NCBI RefSeq assembly: GCF_009834535.1
Contig: NC_045697.1
Location: forward strand, 20,462,001-20,526,000
DNA: 64,000 nt
Direction: 5' to 3'
DNA from: Camelus ferus
Lineage: Eukaryota
How positions within the stretch are numbered: position 1 is the first letter of the stretch; each line of letters begins with the position of its first letter. Shown here piece by piece: positions 37,090-50,667 of the stretch. The notes under the pieces are model-generated. The model was not told where the DNA came from, did no database searches, and saw only the letters and a list, made by a program, of their open reading frames with translations. A program made the translations under genes and the position numbers.

Positions 37090-39150
37090 GATCTATCCAC
37101 TTGTTCATTTATTATTTCATTTTCTTAGCACTTCTTGAATGTTCTATATAATTGACATTTTTTTTTCAATGCTAAATATACAATAATGACTCAAAAAGGT
37201 AAACTTCTACTAGGGCAGGAAAAAATTAAAAAATAATATAATGCGAAGTTTAGATGTAATTGGTTATTACATGATTAAACAATAGTCCTTGACTATTTCT
37301 TCAGCCAAGGAACTATGAAGGAGTGTCGTATAACTTCACAATGTGCAATTACTTTCACTTTATTTTGTTTTCTGTTTATTTGTGTTTTTCCCTTTGAAGC
37401 CTAAACTACAAGTATTTCTTTTCCCTGGAGGGACTTAAATATACTGTGTTTTTCATCGCGGCAGTGTGAGAGAGGATTCTAGACAGAAGAGAGAAAAAGA
37501 AAAGGACAGGGCATGCAGGTCAGGAAAAGCTGCAGGGCTAAGCACACAAACTAAACATATTCCCAGGATAAGAAAAGCAGATAATCAGCACTTTGCAAAG
37601 CATATTGGAGAGAAAGAAGTAAACGTCTCTGTGGTCTTCATGTTAAAAAGACACATCTCCTCTGGAATAACAAATCATCCAATCCTGACACCACACTTGC
37701 TGGTCTATAAACTTGCATGAGCTATTTAATCTCTCTGAGACCAATTTCTTCTTCAGAAAAATGTGTGAAAGAATTGTACCAGCTTCATAGGATTATTGTG
37801 GGAATTAAGTGAGATTATTCACATAATATTTCCCTACAGTTCCACATACAAATGAAATGCTCAGCAAAAATTTATTTTACCATTATTATTGTTAACTTTT
37901 TAAAACTAGAAAATCTGGACTCAATAATATGGGCATAACACATCCTTAGATAATGCTAACTGACTTCAACTAAGGTATTTTACAATAATCATGCAACATT
38001 TATCATAGAAAAATACCGAGGGTTGATAAAACAAAATGAAAACAGTTACTGCTTCATTTTGTTGATATAAAATATTTTTCTTGCTCATACTTCCTATAAT
38101 TTTGAAATTTGCAACAATTTAATATGAGTTACTTTTAAGATCAAGAAAACAGTATATTTGGAAAAATGTTTAATGCATCAATTCTAATAGTGCTACTTTA
38201 TGCCTATCTGCATGCAGAATAATTAATGCAAATATATAGGTATATAGGAGTAGAAAAGTAAGACCAGATCTTATTTTCACAAAGATTGAAGACAAGATTT
38301 CCAAATTTTGATGACCTTGAATAAATTTATAAGGCTTAGTTAGAAGAAAAAGAAAAATAAGAGGACATTCAAGTGAATTGAATAGCAAATGCCCTGGCAT
38401 CAAGGAGAAATGGTAAAGCATCTTTGCAGAATTACAAGTGGTTTCATAGTTCAGGAGTAAAGAATACTGAGAATTAGTGCAAGGTGAGACTGAAACTGTG
38501 GCCAGGGTTTTATATGACTCATGAAAGATTATAAATTGCACCATTTTAACAAAGCAAGACCACTCTGGATTGAGGACTGTGAGCTGGAGCTAGTTAAGAG
38601 ACTACAGCAAAAACCACAGTGGAAAAAGAAAACAAAAAAATTAAAATAGCCATCTCAGTGGGATTAAATTATAAGAATCAGACTAATTATTTCCATTTTT
38701 GATTAATCCTCCTTGTATATTCCATAGAATAGCTTTAATTACTAAGTGACCCTGAGTAGTATGAGAAAATAATAAAATGGAAGAAGAACAGGTTGTAGGT
38801 CATTAGATAAAGGAGGAGAGAGAGAGTTTTTTGTTTAACTTTAGTTGGATATATAGGTTGGCTATGGTACAACTATTTCTTGTCTGAGTAATTGGAGATG
38901 TCAAAGCATGAGGAAGAATTTGATAGCTTTTGATGATAGAAAAATAGTTAAGGTGGATACAGGAATGAAGTATCAGCAATAATCTGTTTAAAATAAAGGA
39001 CAAAATGTGTCATGAGGATGATACAAAGATATGGTTGGCAGAAGCATAGAGTTTATGTAAGGATCAGAGGAGGGAAGGAAGATTTGAGCTGGATTAGAAA
39101 TGCTCTAGCAAGCCAAATGTAGAAGTTAATACTTAAGTCTATTTGGAAAG
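37090..39150 (-). mobile_element. Fragmented antisense L2
   Basis: Purine-rich reverse L2 signature starting near ttgttcatttatt; interrupted by MIR-like sequence near 37700-37880. Confidence 0.45.
38651..38847 (+). repeat. Right arm of 197-bp inverted duplication (within an L2 remnant)
   Basis: Pairs with 36738-36934. Confidence 0.95.
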
Positions 39151-39464
39151 GAGTACTAATTATCTAGGCAGGGCAACAGCATTTCTATTTAACATATGTT
39201 TTGGTATAAAAATATAACATAAAGATCATAAAACACGACTATGAACAATTATACATCAAATAATTGGCAACCTATAAGAAGTGGATAAATTCCTAGATAC
39301 AACCTCCCAAGACTGAATCATAAAGAAATAGAAAATCTGACCAGACTGATTACTAGCATAGCTATTGAAACACTAATGAAAAAACCCCCCAAAGTGAAAT
39401 TCAGGGCCAGACAGCTTCACTGGTGAATTCCACCAAACATTCTAAGAAGAATGAATACCAATTG

Positions 39465-39736
39465 TTTTGTTTTTAAGCATATTTTATTGATTTATAATCA
39501 TTTTAAAATGTTGTGTCAAATTCCAGTGTACAGAACAAGTTTTTAGTTATACATGAACATATATGTATTCATTGCCGCATTTTTTTCTCTGTGAGCTACC
39601 ACAAGATCTTGTATGTATTTCCCTATGCTATAATATTGTTTATCTATTCTACATTTTGAAATCCCAGTCTATCCCTTCCCACCCCTCGCCCGCTTGGTAA
39701 CAAGTTTGTATTCTATGTCTATGAGTCTGTTTCTGT
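39465..39736 (-). mobile_element. Younger L1 3'UTR fragment inserted antisense into the older L1
   Basis: Flanked by tgaataccaattgtt on both sides (TSD). Confidence 0.85.
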
Positions 39737-41886
39737 TGAATACCAATTGTTAAACTTCCTTGAAGAATAGAAGAGAAAATACTTTCAAATTCATTTTGTG
39801 AGGCCAACACTATCCCAATACCAAAACCAGGCAAGGACACCACAAGAAAGGAAAACTATAGGCCAATATCCCAGATAAGCATCAATGCAAAAATCCTCAA
39901 CAAAATATTAGCAAACCAAGCTTAAAATTCATGAAAAGAATGACACAATCAAGTGGGTTTTTTTTCCAGATATGCCAGCATGTTTCAACATCTGTAAATC
40001 AATTAACATGATACACTATGTTAATCAAATGAAAGATAAAAATTATGTGACCATCTCAATAGATGCAGAGGAAGCATTTGACAAAATTCAACATCTATTT
40101 ATGATAAGAACTCTCAACAAAGTGGCTATAGAGGGAACATATCTTAACATAATATGGGCCATATATGACAAATCCACAGCTAACATCATATTCAACAGTG
40201 AAAAGCTAAAAGTTTTTTTCTCTAAGGTCAGGAACAAGAAAAGTATACCCTCAATTGCCACTATTATTCAACATAACCAGAGAAATCAAGCAAATAAAAT
40301 AAAATAAAATAAAAGGCATCCAAATTGAAAAGAAATAAATCTGTCACTACTTGGAGATGACATGATATTATATATAGGAAACCTTAAAGACTCCATCAAA
40401 AACTGTTAGAACTAATCAATGACTTCAGTAAAGTTGCAGAATTCAAAATCAGTAGACAAAAATCTGTTGTGTTTCTATATACTAATAATGAACTATCAGA
40501 AAAAGACATTAAGAAAACAATCCCATTCACAACTACATCAAAAATAATGCAATCCTAGAAATAAAGTTAACCAAGGAGGTAATAGACTGAAAACTAAAAG
40601 ACATCGGTGAAAGAAATTGAGGCAGACACAAAGAAATGGAAAGAGATCTTGTGCTTATGAATCAGAAGAATCAGTATTGTTAATCTACCTACTCAAAGCA
40701 ATCTACAGGTTTAATAAAATCCTTATCAAAATTCCAGTGACATTTTTCATAGAAATAGAACAAATAATCTTAAAATTTGTATGGAACCAAAAGATCCTGA
40801 ATCACCAAAGCAATCTTGAGAACAAAGCTGGAGGCATCATTCTCCCTGACTTCAAACTATGTTTTATAGCTATTGCAATCAAAACAGTATGATACTTGGG
40901 AAAAAAAGACATATAGATTGATGGAACATAATAGAGAACTCAGAAATAAACATTTTATATTTGGTCAATTAATCTATGACAAAAGAGTCAAGAATATACA
41001 CTAGAGGAAAAAGCAATCTCTTCAATAAATGGTAGTGGGAAAACTGGACAGCTACATACAAAAGAATGAACCTGGACAACTATCTTACAGTATACGCAAA
41101 AATTAACTCAAAATAAGTTAAAGACTTGAATATACAATGTGAAACCATAAAACTTTTAGGACAAAGATTGGCCTTGTAATAACTCTTTTTTTTTTTTATT
41201 TGCTGCCAAAAGCAACGTTAACAAAAGCAAAAGTAAACAAGTGGAGACTTCAAACTAAAAAGCTTCTGCACAGCAAAGGAAAGCATAAAAAAAAAAAAAA
41301 GGAAAAGGCAACCTACTGAATGGGAGAAAAAAACTTGCAAATCATGTATCTGATAGAAGTTAGTACTATTTAAAATATAGACAGAATTCACAGAACTCAA
41401 TGGCAAAAATCAAACAATCTGATTAAAAAATGGGCAGAGATCTGAACGGACATTTTTTCAAAGAATGGAATCCAACAGATGGACAATAGGTATATAGAAA
41501 GATGCTCGAGATCATTAATCATACGGAAATGCAAATCAAAATCACCGTGAGATATCACTTCACATCTATCAGAATAACTATTATCAGAGAGGGAAAAAAT
41601 AAAAATTGCTAGTGAGGATGTGGAGAAAGGATACTCTCATACACTGTTGGTGGGGAATATAAATTGGTGCAGCCACTATAGAAAACAGTATGGAGTTTCC
41701 TCAACAAATTAAAAATAGAGCTACAATATGATCCAGCAATTCCACTTCTGAGTATTTCTCCAAAGAAAACAAAACCACTAACTTGAAAAGATATATGCAC
41801 CCTAATGTTCATTGCAGCATTAATTACAATAGCTAAGATATGGGGAAAAAAACTGTCCATCAATGGATGAATGGATAAAAATGATG

Positions 41887-41889
<3 letters not shown>

Positions 41890-41918
<29 letters not shown>
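41890..41918. repeat. (CA)n microsatellite within L1
   Basis: About 14 units. Confidence 0.95.
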
Positions 41919-41920
<2 letters not shown>

Positions 41921-43449
41921 AATATTACTCAGTCATAAAAAAGGAAATATTTCCATTTGCAACAACATGGATAAAACCTGAAGGCATTATGCCAAATAGG
42001 TCAGACAGACAAAGACAAATACCATATGATCTCACTTATTTGTGGAGTCTAGAAAAAAAAGAAAACTGAAGCTCATAGACACAGGGAACACACTGGTGCT
42101 TACCAGAGGCTGGGACTGAGGGTTTGGCCAAAAAGTGAAGGGTGACAACAGGTACAAATTTCCAGCTATAAAATAGGGGAGTCATGGGGATGTAATGTTC
42201 AATATGGTGACTCTTGTTAATAATACTCTATTGCATATTTGAAAATATGCTAAGAAAGTAGATTTTAAAATTTCTTATCACACACACACAAAATGTTTAT
42301 CTATATATGATGATGGATGGTAACTAGACTTACTGCGCTGATCATTTTACAATATATACAAATATCAAGTCATTAGATCATATGCTTGAAACTAATAAGT
42401 CAATTATAACTTCATTTTAACGATGTATAGTGTAGTGTTAGGAGAAAAGGTATAAAAGCAATCTGCCTAGGTTTAAATCCCTGCCCTGATATTTACTACC
42501 AGTGTGATTCTGAGCAACTGGTTAACCTCTTAGTTTCTTGGTTGTGTCATCTGCAAAATGGTGTTCATAAGATTGCCTGTTTTTCTTGGTACTTATGAAT
42601 GTGTTAATATATGTGCCACTTTGTAGAAAGTGATATATATACACATATGTATAAAATATATGAACATAGATACAGCAAATATTGTTCTGTCTTATTTCTT
42701 TTATTCCACTATTGAAATATGAGATTCTCTCTGTTTTCAATTATGACTGCAATCAAAAAAGGGAACAGCTCTCCTCTTTTTAATGATAATGTTTTATTTT
42801 TTTTTCTGGAGATTGAATTATAAGATCCTTCTCATTCTGAATATCATAATCATGTCATATTTTGATGTGTATAGACATCATAGTTAAGAATTTGCAAAAC
42901 AGTACAATTTCCAATTCATCCTAGGGTATTGGGTTTTTTATGACTATCTTTTTAAATCCAAATTGAATTATTTATATGTCAACTTATTGACAATTTTTGC
43001 TAGTATTTCTAGAGTATTGTTTTTAAAATAATCTTAACAACTAAATTTTATAGCGCAGATGTCCTAACAGACGTGATTTCTTATGTTTTTACCTATTTAC
43101 ACTTTTATTTATTACTGCTTTCTGAAAGAGTTAGAATATAAACATCCAAAGTCATTTCAAAACATTTGACTTGATATTTTATTTCTGTTATATGATAATC
43201 GTGCAGCTCATAAAAACTTGCTGAGCTCCTAAAATGCTCCAGGTACTTAGTGAGTACTGGGGTTAAAATCATAATGTGACATGTAAAGTGGTATTGTATA
43301 TTCAATAATATCTACTGAAGGGAGCATTATATGTATCAGTAAAATATACATAGTTGCCATGGAAGTTCAGTTCAACATATATTTTTTGTGCGCATAATAT
43401 ATCAACCAGATCAAATTCTCAGGGTACTGTGTCATTTACCAGCTTATTG

Positions 43450-44041
43450 GCCTCAGTCTTAGATTTATTCTGCGTTGCTTTTTCTGAACAAATTAGCATG
43501 GGTCCTTTTAAACATTTTCTCTTTCCCAGATGGCACAGTGTTAAGCTTTGTCAGCAGTTTGTGCTGGAAACGTTGTAAGATGAGGATGCGTTCCTTCCTT
43601 ATTCCAGTGTGCTTCTCTTAGACCCTTTCAGTACACCCAGTGCCCAGTTCCTGCAGCAAGGGTGACTTTTATAGCACATATGCCTTCTGTAGCTCCCAGA
43701 TTCTGTGGTGCATGGAGGGGAACATCATCCCTGTGGACAGCTTCCCCTGGTACCTAACAAGTCAGATTTCCAGCAAGTTCTACTGATGCAGCACCAGAGG
43801 GACTTCCATGCCAGTCAGTGAGCCATGTTTATTTCCTCTCTAGTGAGGTCTAGATCACAGCCCTTGGAGCAAGGAGGTTCCTTATATTTGCTTTTCCTCC
43901 ATTTTTTAGAGTTCTCCTTAACTCTTACTATCAAAACTTCATTACTCCAAACCCCTGTTATAATTAATATTCTTTACATTATACTTTCTATTTTCAAATT
44001 ACCATACATTTTCTCTCTCCTGAGAGAACCTGGCAGATACA
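43450..44041. mobile_element. Old ERVL-type LTR
   Basis: Ends ctctctcctgagagaacctggcagataca, similar to ERVL LTR 3' ends. Confidence 0.4.
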
Positions 44042-44204
44042 GAGATCAAATCTAAGCTAGAGGTCTTTGAGAAGTTTAACCATAAGAGGTGTCTTCTTCA
44101 GACGAATTTTGATATTGGGTAGATGCTAGTTAAGAGGATAAGGGGAGACAGATACGAGTTTCAGGCAGAGGTAATGAGTGGCTAGAACAGGAAGATGTTT
44201 AAGT

Positions 44205-44385
44205 CATGGTTCTCATTCTCGAAGTGTGATCCCAAGACTAGGAGCATCAGCATCACTTGGGAAAGCCGTAGGAATACAAACACCCAAGACCTACTGAGTC
44301 AGAAACTCTGGGGATGGGCTCCGCAATTTTTGTTTCAACAAGTCTTGAGGTGATTGTTACACACACTGAAGTCTGAGAACAACTA
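44205..44385. mobile_element. MER5A-like hAT element
   Basis: agcatcagcatcacttggga...gacctactgagtcagaaactctgggg...gagaacaact. Confidence 0.75.
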
Positions 44386-44684
44386 CTTGGACTGGAAATG
44401 ATTTAGATGTGATATTGTTCCATTCTAGCCCTACATTTTAATCGCAGTAAACGTGCTACACACTAGGTCAGAATGGAAAATAGTTTAAAAAGTGACATCT
44501 GTACCTACTTTATATATGTGTCTACTTTCCAAGTTCTTGAAATCTGATACTATTACCACAATGAAAAAAGGAAAAAGTCAACACAAAAATAAAAACAAAC
44601 AAAAAAAATGGGAGCATGTAAAAATGAAATATGATGAGTAAAGGAAAAAGAAGCATTTTTAATCAAAAATGTCAGCTTTTAAAA

Positions 44685-45840
44685 TCCTGTTGTACTGTTG
44701 GTGGGAATGTAGTTTGGTGCAGCCATTATGAAAAACAGTATGGAGATTCCTCAAAAAACTAAAAATAGACTTACCATAGGATCCAGCAGTCTTACTCCTG
44801 AGCATCTATCTGGAGAGAACTCTAATTCAAAAAGATACATGCACCCCAACGTTCATAGAAGTGCTGTTTACAATAGCCAAGACATGAAAACAACCTAAAA
44901 GCCCATTGACAGATGACTGGATAAAGAAACTGTAGTGTATTTATACAATGGGATACTACTCAACCATAAAAAACAGAATAAAATAATACCATTTGTAGCA
45001 ACATGAATGGACCTGGAGATAGTCATTCTAAGTGAAGTAAGCCAGGAAGAGAGAGAAAAACACCATATGATATCACTTATATGTGGAATCTAAAAAAAAA
45101 AAAAAGACAAATGAACTTATTTACAAAACAGAGACTCACAGACATAGAAAACAAAGTATGGTTACCTGGGGGGAAAAAGGAGTGGGAAGGGATAAATTGG
45201 GAATTTGAGATTTGCAGATACTAACTACTATATATAAAATAGATAAACAATAAGGACCTACTGTACAGCACAGGGAACTATGTTCAATATTTTATATTAA
45301 CCTATAATAAAAAAGAATATGAAAATGAATATATGTATGTATATGCATGACTGAAATGTTAAGCAGTACACCAGAACTTGACACAACATTGTAAACTGAC
45401 TACAGTTCAACAAAAAATTTTTTAAAAATCACATTGTATACCTTAAATATATACAATTTTCACTTGTCATTTATACCTCAATAAATTTAGAAAAAATAAA
45501 AACAAAAGAATAAATTTGGGAGTTTGAGATTTGCAAACTTGCAGACATAGTAAACAATTCTATAATTACCAGGGGAAAGGGGGGTGCGAAGGGATAAATT
45601 TGGGAGTTTGAGATTGGCAAATGTTAGTCACTAAATATAAAAATAGATTTAAAAAAATCAAGTTTCTTCTGTATAGCACAGGGAACTATATTCACTATCT
45701 TGCAATAACTTTTAATGAAAAAAATATGAAAAAGAATATATGTATGTATATGCATGACTGGGACATTATGCTATACACCAGAAATCGACACATTGTCACT
45801 GACTGTACTTCAATTAAAAAAATAAAATAAAATAAAAAAC
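44685..45840 (+). mobile_element. Stacked L1 3' ends (cetartiodactyl-type 3'UTRs)
   Basis: ctgttggtgggaatgta ORF2 end; two gggataaatt(t)gggagtttgagatt..tagcacagggaactat 3'UTRs with A tails. Confidence 0.9.
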
Positions 45841-46560
45841 TAAGTGTTTAATACTATGTATTTTAATTCTTCTAATAATGCAATCTCCTGGCGCACAGAG
45901 GATTAAACTCTATATTAAAATCATTGTTGTCTTTCAGCTTACACTAAGCCATATACATCAATGTGACAATGTTCTCTGCATGGCCTAGTATTAGGAACTT
46001 CTCCACTAACAAGGTTTTGATCATTTCATTGATTTTTTTTTTTTCAGTTGCCTAAAGTCATTCAGTAGAACTCATATTATTGTGGAGTGGTAAACAGGAT
46101 GTGTTTTAAGGTCATCTTATTCATGTGAATAAAATGTGAAATATATTTCCATTAGCTAGAATGCGAGGCACTCCTTCTCAAGGTTAATTGTTTCCTCTGA
46201 TCTCCAGTTAAAACTTGTTATTCTTAAACCAAGAGAAGATACTAATTGGAGGCTTTGGTTCTTTTTAAGATAAGGAACAAATAGCCTTCAAAATTAGCTC
46301 AAAAACAATTATGATACATTATATGATAGGTTCACTCCTGGATGTTCTGTTTTTAAAAGTCAAAAGATATTTTAAAGGGAGAAATAGCCAAAAAAAAAAA
46401 AAAAAAGAAAGAATTATTTTATTTTGCTAAAGTAACTTAAGTTAATCTTAGAGCAATTTAAAAAGAATATGTACTTCCCCACTATTTCATAGGCGATAAT
46501 AATCATTAAAACAAGGTACAGCCCAGATCAAAAGTTTTTATAAAGTGCTTTAAAACATAC

Positions 46561-46647
46561 GTGTTTGCAGGTTCATAGGGAAGCAGTGACAATGCTCAAT
46601 TGTATGAGCACCAGAACGTAACACTCCAGTAATGATTAATCTAGTGT
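46561..46647 (-). pseudogene. 87-bp exon remnant
   Basis: catttttggttcag|...CAC|gtatgt; one frame reads *INHYWSVTF (cf. KLQSYWLPNF). Confidence 0.4.
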
Positions 46648-48295
46648 CTGAACCAAAAATGATGACTGCAAGTTATTATTTCAAACTATTGTAACTTTTT
46701 CCAAACGCAGAATCTCTGTGATTCATTCAAGTTTTGGAAATTTTTCTCTTTACAATAGTACGGACTGCTGAAATTTATTATAAGAAGTTTTTTTCCTAAC
46801 ACTCACTATTTCCACACTATTTGTCTTGTACATTCATAGGTATTTACAATCACATGCATAATACAGTCCATTTTTTCTACCATTGGAGATAAAGCATTTT
46901 CAACCATTATAATACACACCTGGGGGACTCTATATATTAGAAGTTGGCAGGTAAGAAGCTAAGTTTCAAAATATAGTATCTTGCGTGATGAAACTATGAA
47001 GTTATTAGAAGTTCTTAAAATCCGTAATTAGCAGCCTGAAACTTTGGTATCAATGCAATAAAAAAGTACCCTGTCATTCTGGAGAGTATGATTTTGAATA
47101 TATTACTAATCCAACTAGTTGAACCAAAGAAAACAAAGCTAGAGAAACAGATGACTACAGTTTTCCTTTTTAAAATACGCAGACATGGGAAAACCCTGAT
47201 GGGTAATGGAACTCAGATAAAATCAATCTTGGGTCCACATTCACAAAAAGAGAAACACTGAAGAGCAGACAATGGAAACAGACAATCAATCATCAGCTGC
47301 TTGCCCCTGTCATCTTTCTGCCTCTATCCCACTAAGCCAGAAAGGCTTTGAGTAAATAACAGTGATGAAAATTGCTACTCTGAGAACATCATATTAAGAG
47401 ACATAGAAGTGCAACGCTTAGGCCACTATTTTATAAATATTTGGTAAGATGATATCAAATAAAAGCCATCTCTTGGGGCCCATTTAGCTAGGTGATAGAA
47501 ACAAATAGAGAAGTAACTAGAAACTATTCTCAAAGTCACAGTATCGTTGCAAAATGATACTGAGCAAACGGTATCCTACATCTTTGTGGTGTGAAACTAT
47601 AAGAACTCAAACAAAAATATTGATGCTGAATCACAGTGCTCCTGTTACACAAAACAGAAAAATGGTTTTGGAAAATCGTATAGCTTTTAAGCACTAGAAA
47701 TATTAGGCCATACACAATGGAACAGAGGTAAACAGAGTGGAACACTGCCTTCTAACAATGCCTTCAGTTACTCTCATCTGTCTTTTGTACATTTTGCTAA
47801 ATCCATGTACCATCTTGTGGTCTTGGCTGTACATGATTACTAGCTTTTTTCCTCCTCAGTATATTTTATGGACCATCTTCTTGACTCATATAAATATATC
47901 TAAAAAGGAAACTTTATGTTACCACTTTATTTATAATAATAAAGCCAGTGTTGTTTAACAGAAGAAAACATTTAAAATGAGACAGCACCAGCAAGAGTGG
48001 ACCAATATTTTCCTTCTAGCATCTTCTGTCTAGCCAAACTTTCAGTCAATAATTCAGAGAGGAAAGCATTTCTGAATTTTGAGCAAGAGCTTAAAAATTA
48101 TCTAACATGTACTCATTCTTAGGAAACCAAGAAAAATGAAGAAATGGGATCTAGACATCAAAATTTCTTACATTAGAAGGCAAGAAAGGAAATTTCAAGG
48201 TGTGAAATTTGCAGTAAGTCCAGAAAGCAAATAGTTTAGACTGAAGTAGGAGGACAGAGAATGGTGATGTAGAACCCACCAGGAAAACAAAACAT

Positions 48296-48296
<1 letters not shown>

Positions 48297-48333
<37 letters not shown>

Positions 48334-48367
48334 TATAGATAGATAGATGATAAATAGATAGATAGAT

Positions 48368-48406
<39 letters not shown>
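48297..48406. repeat. (AGAT)n microsatellite, interrupted
   Basis: Direct observation. Confidence 0.95.
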
Positions 48407-48512
48407 TATGTGGTATCTTTGAGAACTAGAAATTAAATATTGATAGTCAATTGATACATAAATTGGCTTACTGAAATTGATAAGGGATAGTTCCTTTGAA
48501 CATAAGCAAGTG

Positions 48513-48589
48513 ATTTTTTTTTTTAATAGAGGTACTGGGGATTGTACCTAGGACCTCACACATGGTGAGCATGTGCTCTACCACTCTCC
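48513..48589 (-). mobile_element. 5'-truncated Vic-1-type SINE
   Basis: gaggtactggggattgtacctaggacctc...ctctaccact; flanks aagcaagt(g/a)atttt. Confidence 0.8.
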
Positions 48590-49039
48590 AAGCAAGTAAT
48601 TTTATCAAGTAATTTTAAAAAGGCAAATTTTAACCCCATAAACATAAAAGAATATTCCATAGCACAAAAATAACCATCAAAGAGTTGTTGAACTTGCAGT
48701 GACCCAAATTATGTAGTCATAACATGGTAATAATGAATACATTTTAATTCACATTGTGATTTATCAGTATTGAGGGAAATGGCAAAGAAGGAAGTGATAT
48801 CTAAACCACACTTTAATAGGAAATAGGTGATGATATAAGCAGATATATCTAAAATTAATGAATCAGGAAATGGAAGCATAAATATGTTATTTGAAAATAA
48901 ATAATACAAGGAAAAGTCACAACTAAAAGAAATGAATATTGTTGCTCAGGGAGTGAGATTAGGTTGAGCTGGAAGATATTCGGTAGAAAAATACTTCAAC
49001 ATTTACATATTTTTCTTTGACAAAAATAGGATTCAACTT

Positions 49040-49158
49040 GCAAAGAAAAGGAAATTGCAGCAGCAAGGAAATGAGTGTTCTCAGTGTAATTCTTCCTGCC
49101 CAACCTGTGACAGGTACATGGCCTGCATGTCATGAATTGTGGGTCTTTTGTGATCCTT
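49040..49158 (-). pseudogene. Exon remnant
   Basis: Acceptor ttttctatctgctcag; KDHKRPTIHDMQAMYLSQVG. Confidence 0.4.
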
Positions 49159-50449
49159 CTGAGCAGATAGAAAATCATTAATCACAAAAAAGAGGTATCT
49201 TTTCTTTTTAAATAAAGGTTTCTAAGATAGCTATCTATACAAATAAATCTAGTACAATCTTACGAGCTTAGAAAATAAAATTCACTTTTGTTACAGTGGC
49301 TATTGTATTTCTGAAACTTTAAAATTGTGTTATATTTTACTGTATGAAATCATGTTAATGATATTACCATTATTGCACTGGCTCCTATAACACACGTTTT
49401 ATCAGATACATATATTTATATATTTTAAAAAATATATAGAATATATAAATATTAAGTATATAAATATATTGTTGCTAGTGGAGTCTGAGATTCTTGGGAG
49501 AAAGAACTTTACATTCTTCCCTGATTTTGGGGTGCCTGGAAGAGAGTAAGTATTCAATATATGCTTTTTAAAAATGATTATGATTAATTGAAGAATTTAA
49601 AACCTTACGTCTCACTATTGGTTGAAAGAGGTAAAAAGTTTTTTCACAAACTTCAGAGCTTAGGTTACAGAGCGCAGACAGGGTGTCTCCTTCTACTTAA
49701 TGGAGAAGAAAACTGATACTTACTGAGGTATGACAACAGAATGTGTGTTTCCTGGACATTCATTGCTTTATTGGCCATAGTCATAGTATCATGAAAGAGA
49801 TACTATTATTTTTCTTTATATGCATGAAGAAACTGACATTTTTTTCTTGAGCTAAGAACAGCTAAGAACAAGTCTACAGCTAAGAACTGAGACTTGAAAC
49901 CAAGTCAATCTGACTCCAAAGTTCAGGGGTCTTTTCTAGTCTACTCTACAAACTTATAAAGAGGGAAGACACTCAAATTAGGACTCAGAGGACGAATCAG
50001 TAGTAAGACAATTGTCAATTCTATAGAAGTCTCTATTGTCTTTCTTTCACGTCTACAAAAGAGAGACTTGTAATGTGTTGGAAAGTCTGAAAGTATTTAA
50101 GTTCTTGCAAAATCATAGGAGCCAATGCAATAATGGTAATATCATTTGCATGATTTCATACAGTAAAATATAACACAATTTTAAACTTTTAGAAATACAA
50201 TAGCCACTTCTTTTTAAATTTCTTATAATTATGTGGGAAGGAGTTTGGCTAAGATATGTGAAAACTTGAATAATCATTGCAATAATCTGGAGAATTAATT
50301 ATGAAATTCTCTGCATTGAATCAACAATTTCCAATTACATTTAAGACCATTCTTTCTAGTGAGTGTCTTGTTTGTTTGCTGTATTTCTCCTAATGGACTA
50401 CTTTGAGAGAACTATTCTTTAAAATATGCTGTAGATTTATTCAGAAGCA

Positions 50450-50667
50450 CTTCATAATTTTAGCACAACTATTTATGTCAAAAGGCACACCGTGGAAAGA
50501 TGAAAGTTTCTAGCCAGCACATAGGACTGGGGAGTATTTTTCCTGGTACAAGGCTTTGCTACTCTGTAACAATAAATGGCCTTTCTAGTTCTCAGTGTGT
50601 CTGGCTCCAGAAATTAATGCCAGCAGTCAAACTGGAAATCTCACTGGACTGAGCACTAGAAAAAATT
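50450..50667 (-). pseudogene. Exon remnant
   Basis: Acceptor tatgatccttcag; ISSLTAGINFWSQTH*ELE. Confidence 0.35.

Larger units (their letters stand above)
39230..42418 (+). mobile_element. L1, 3' ~3 kb (decayed ORF2 RT/C-terminus and 3'UTR)
   Basis: [31 protein letters not shown] and KLKSFCTAK motifs; frameshifted. Confidence 0.95.
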
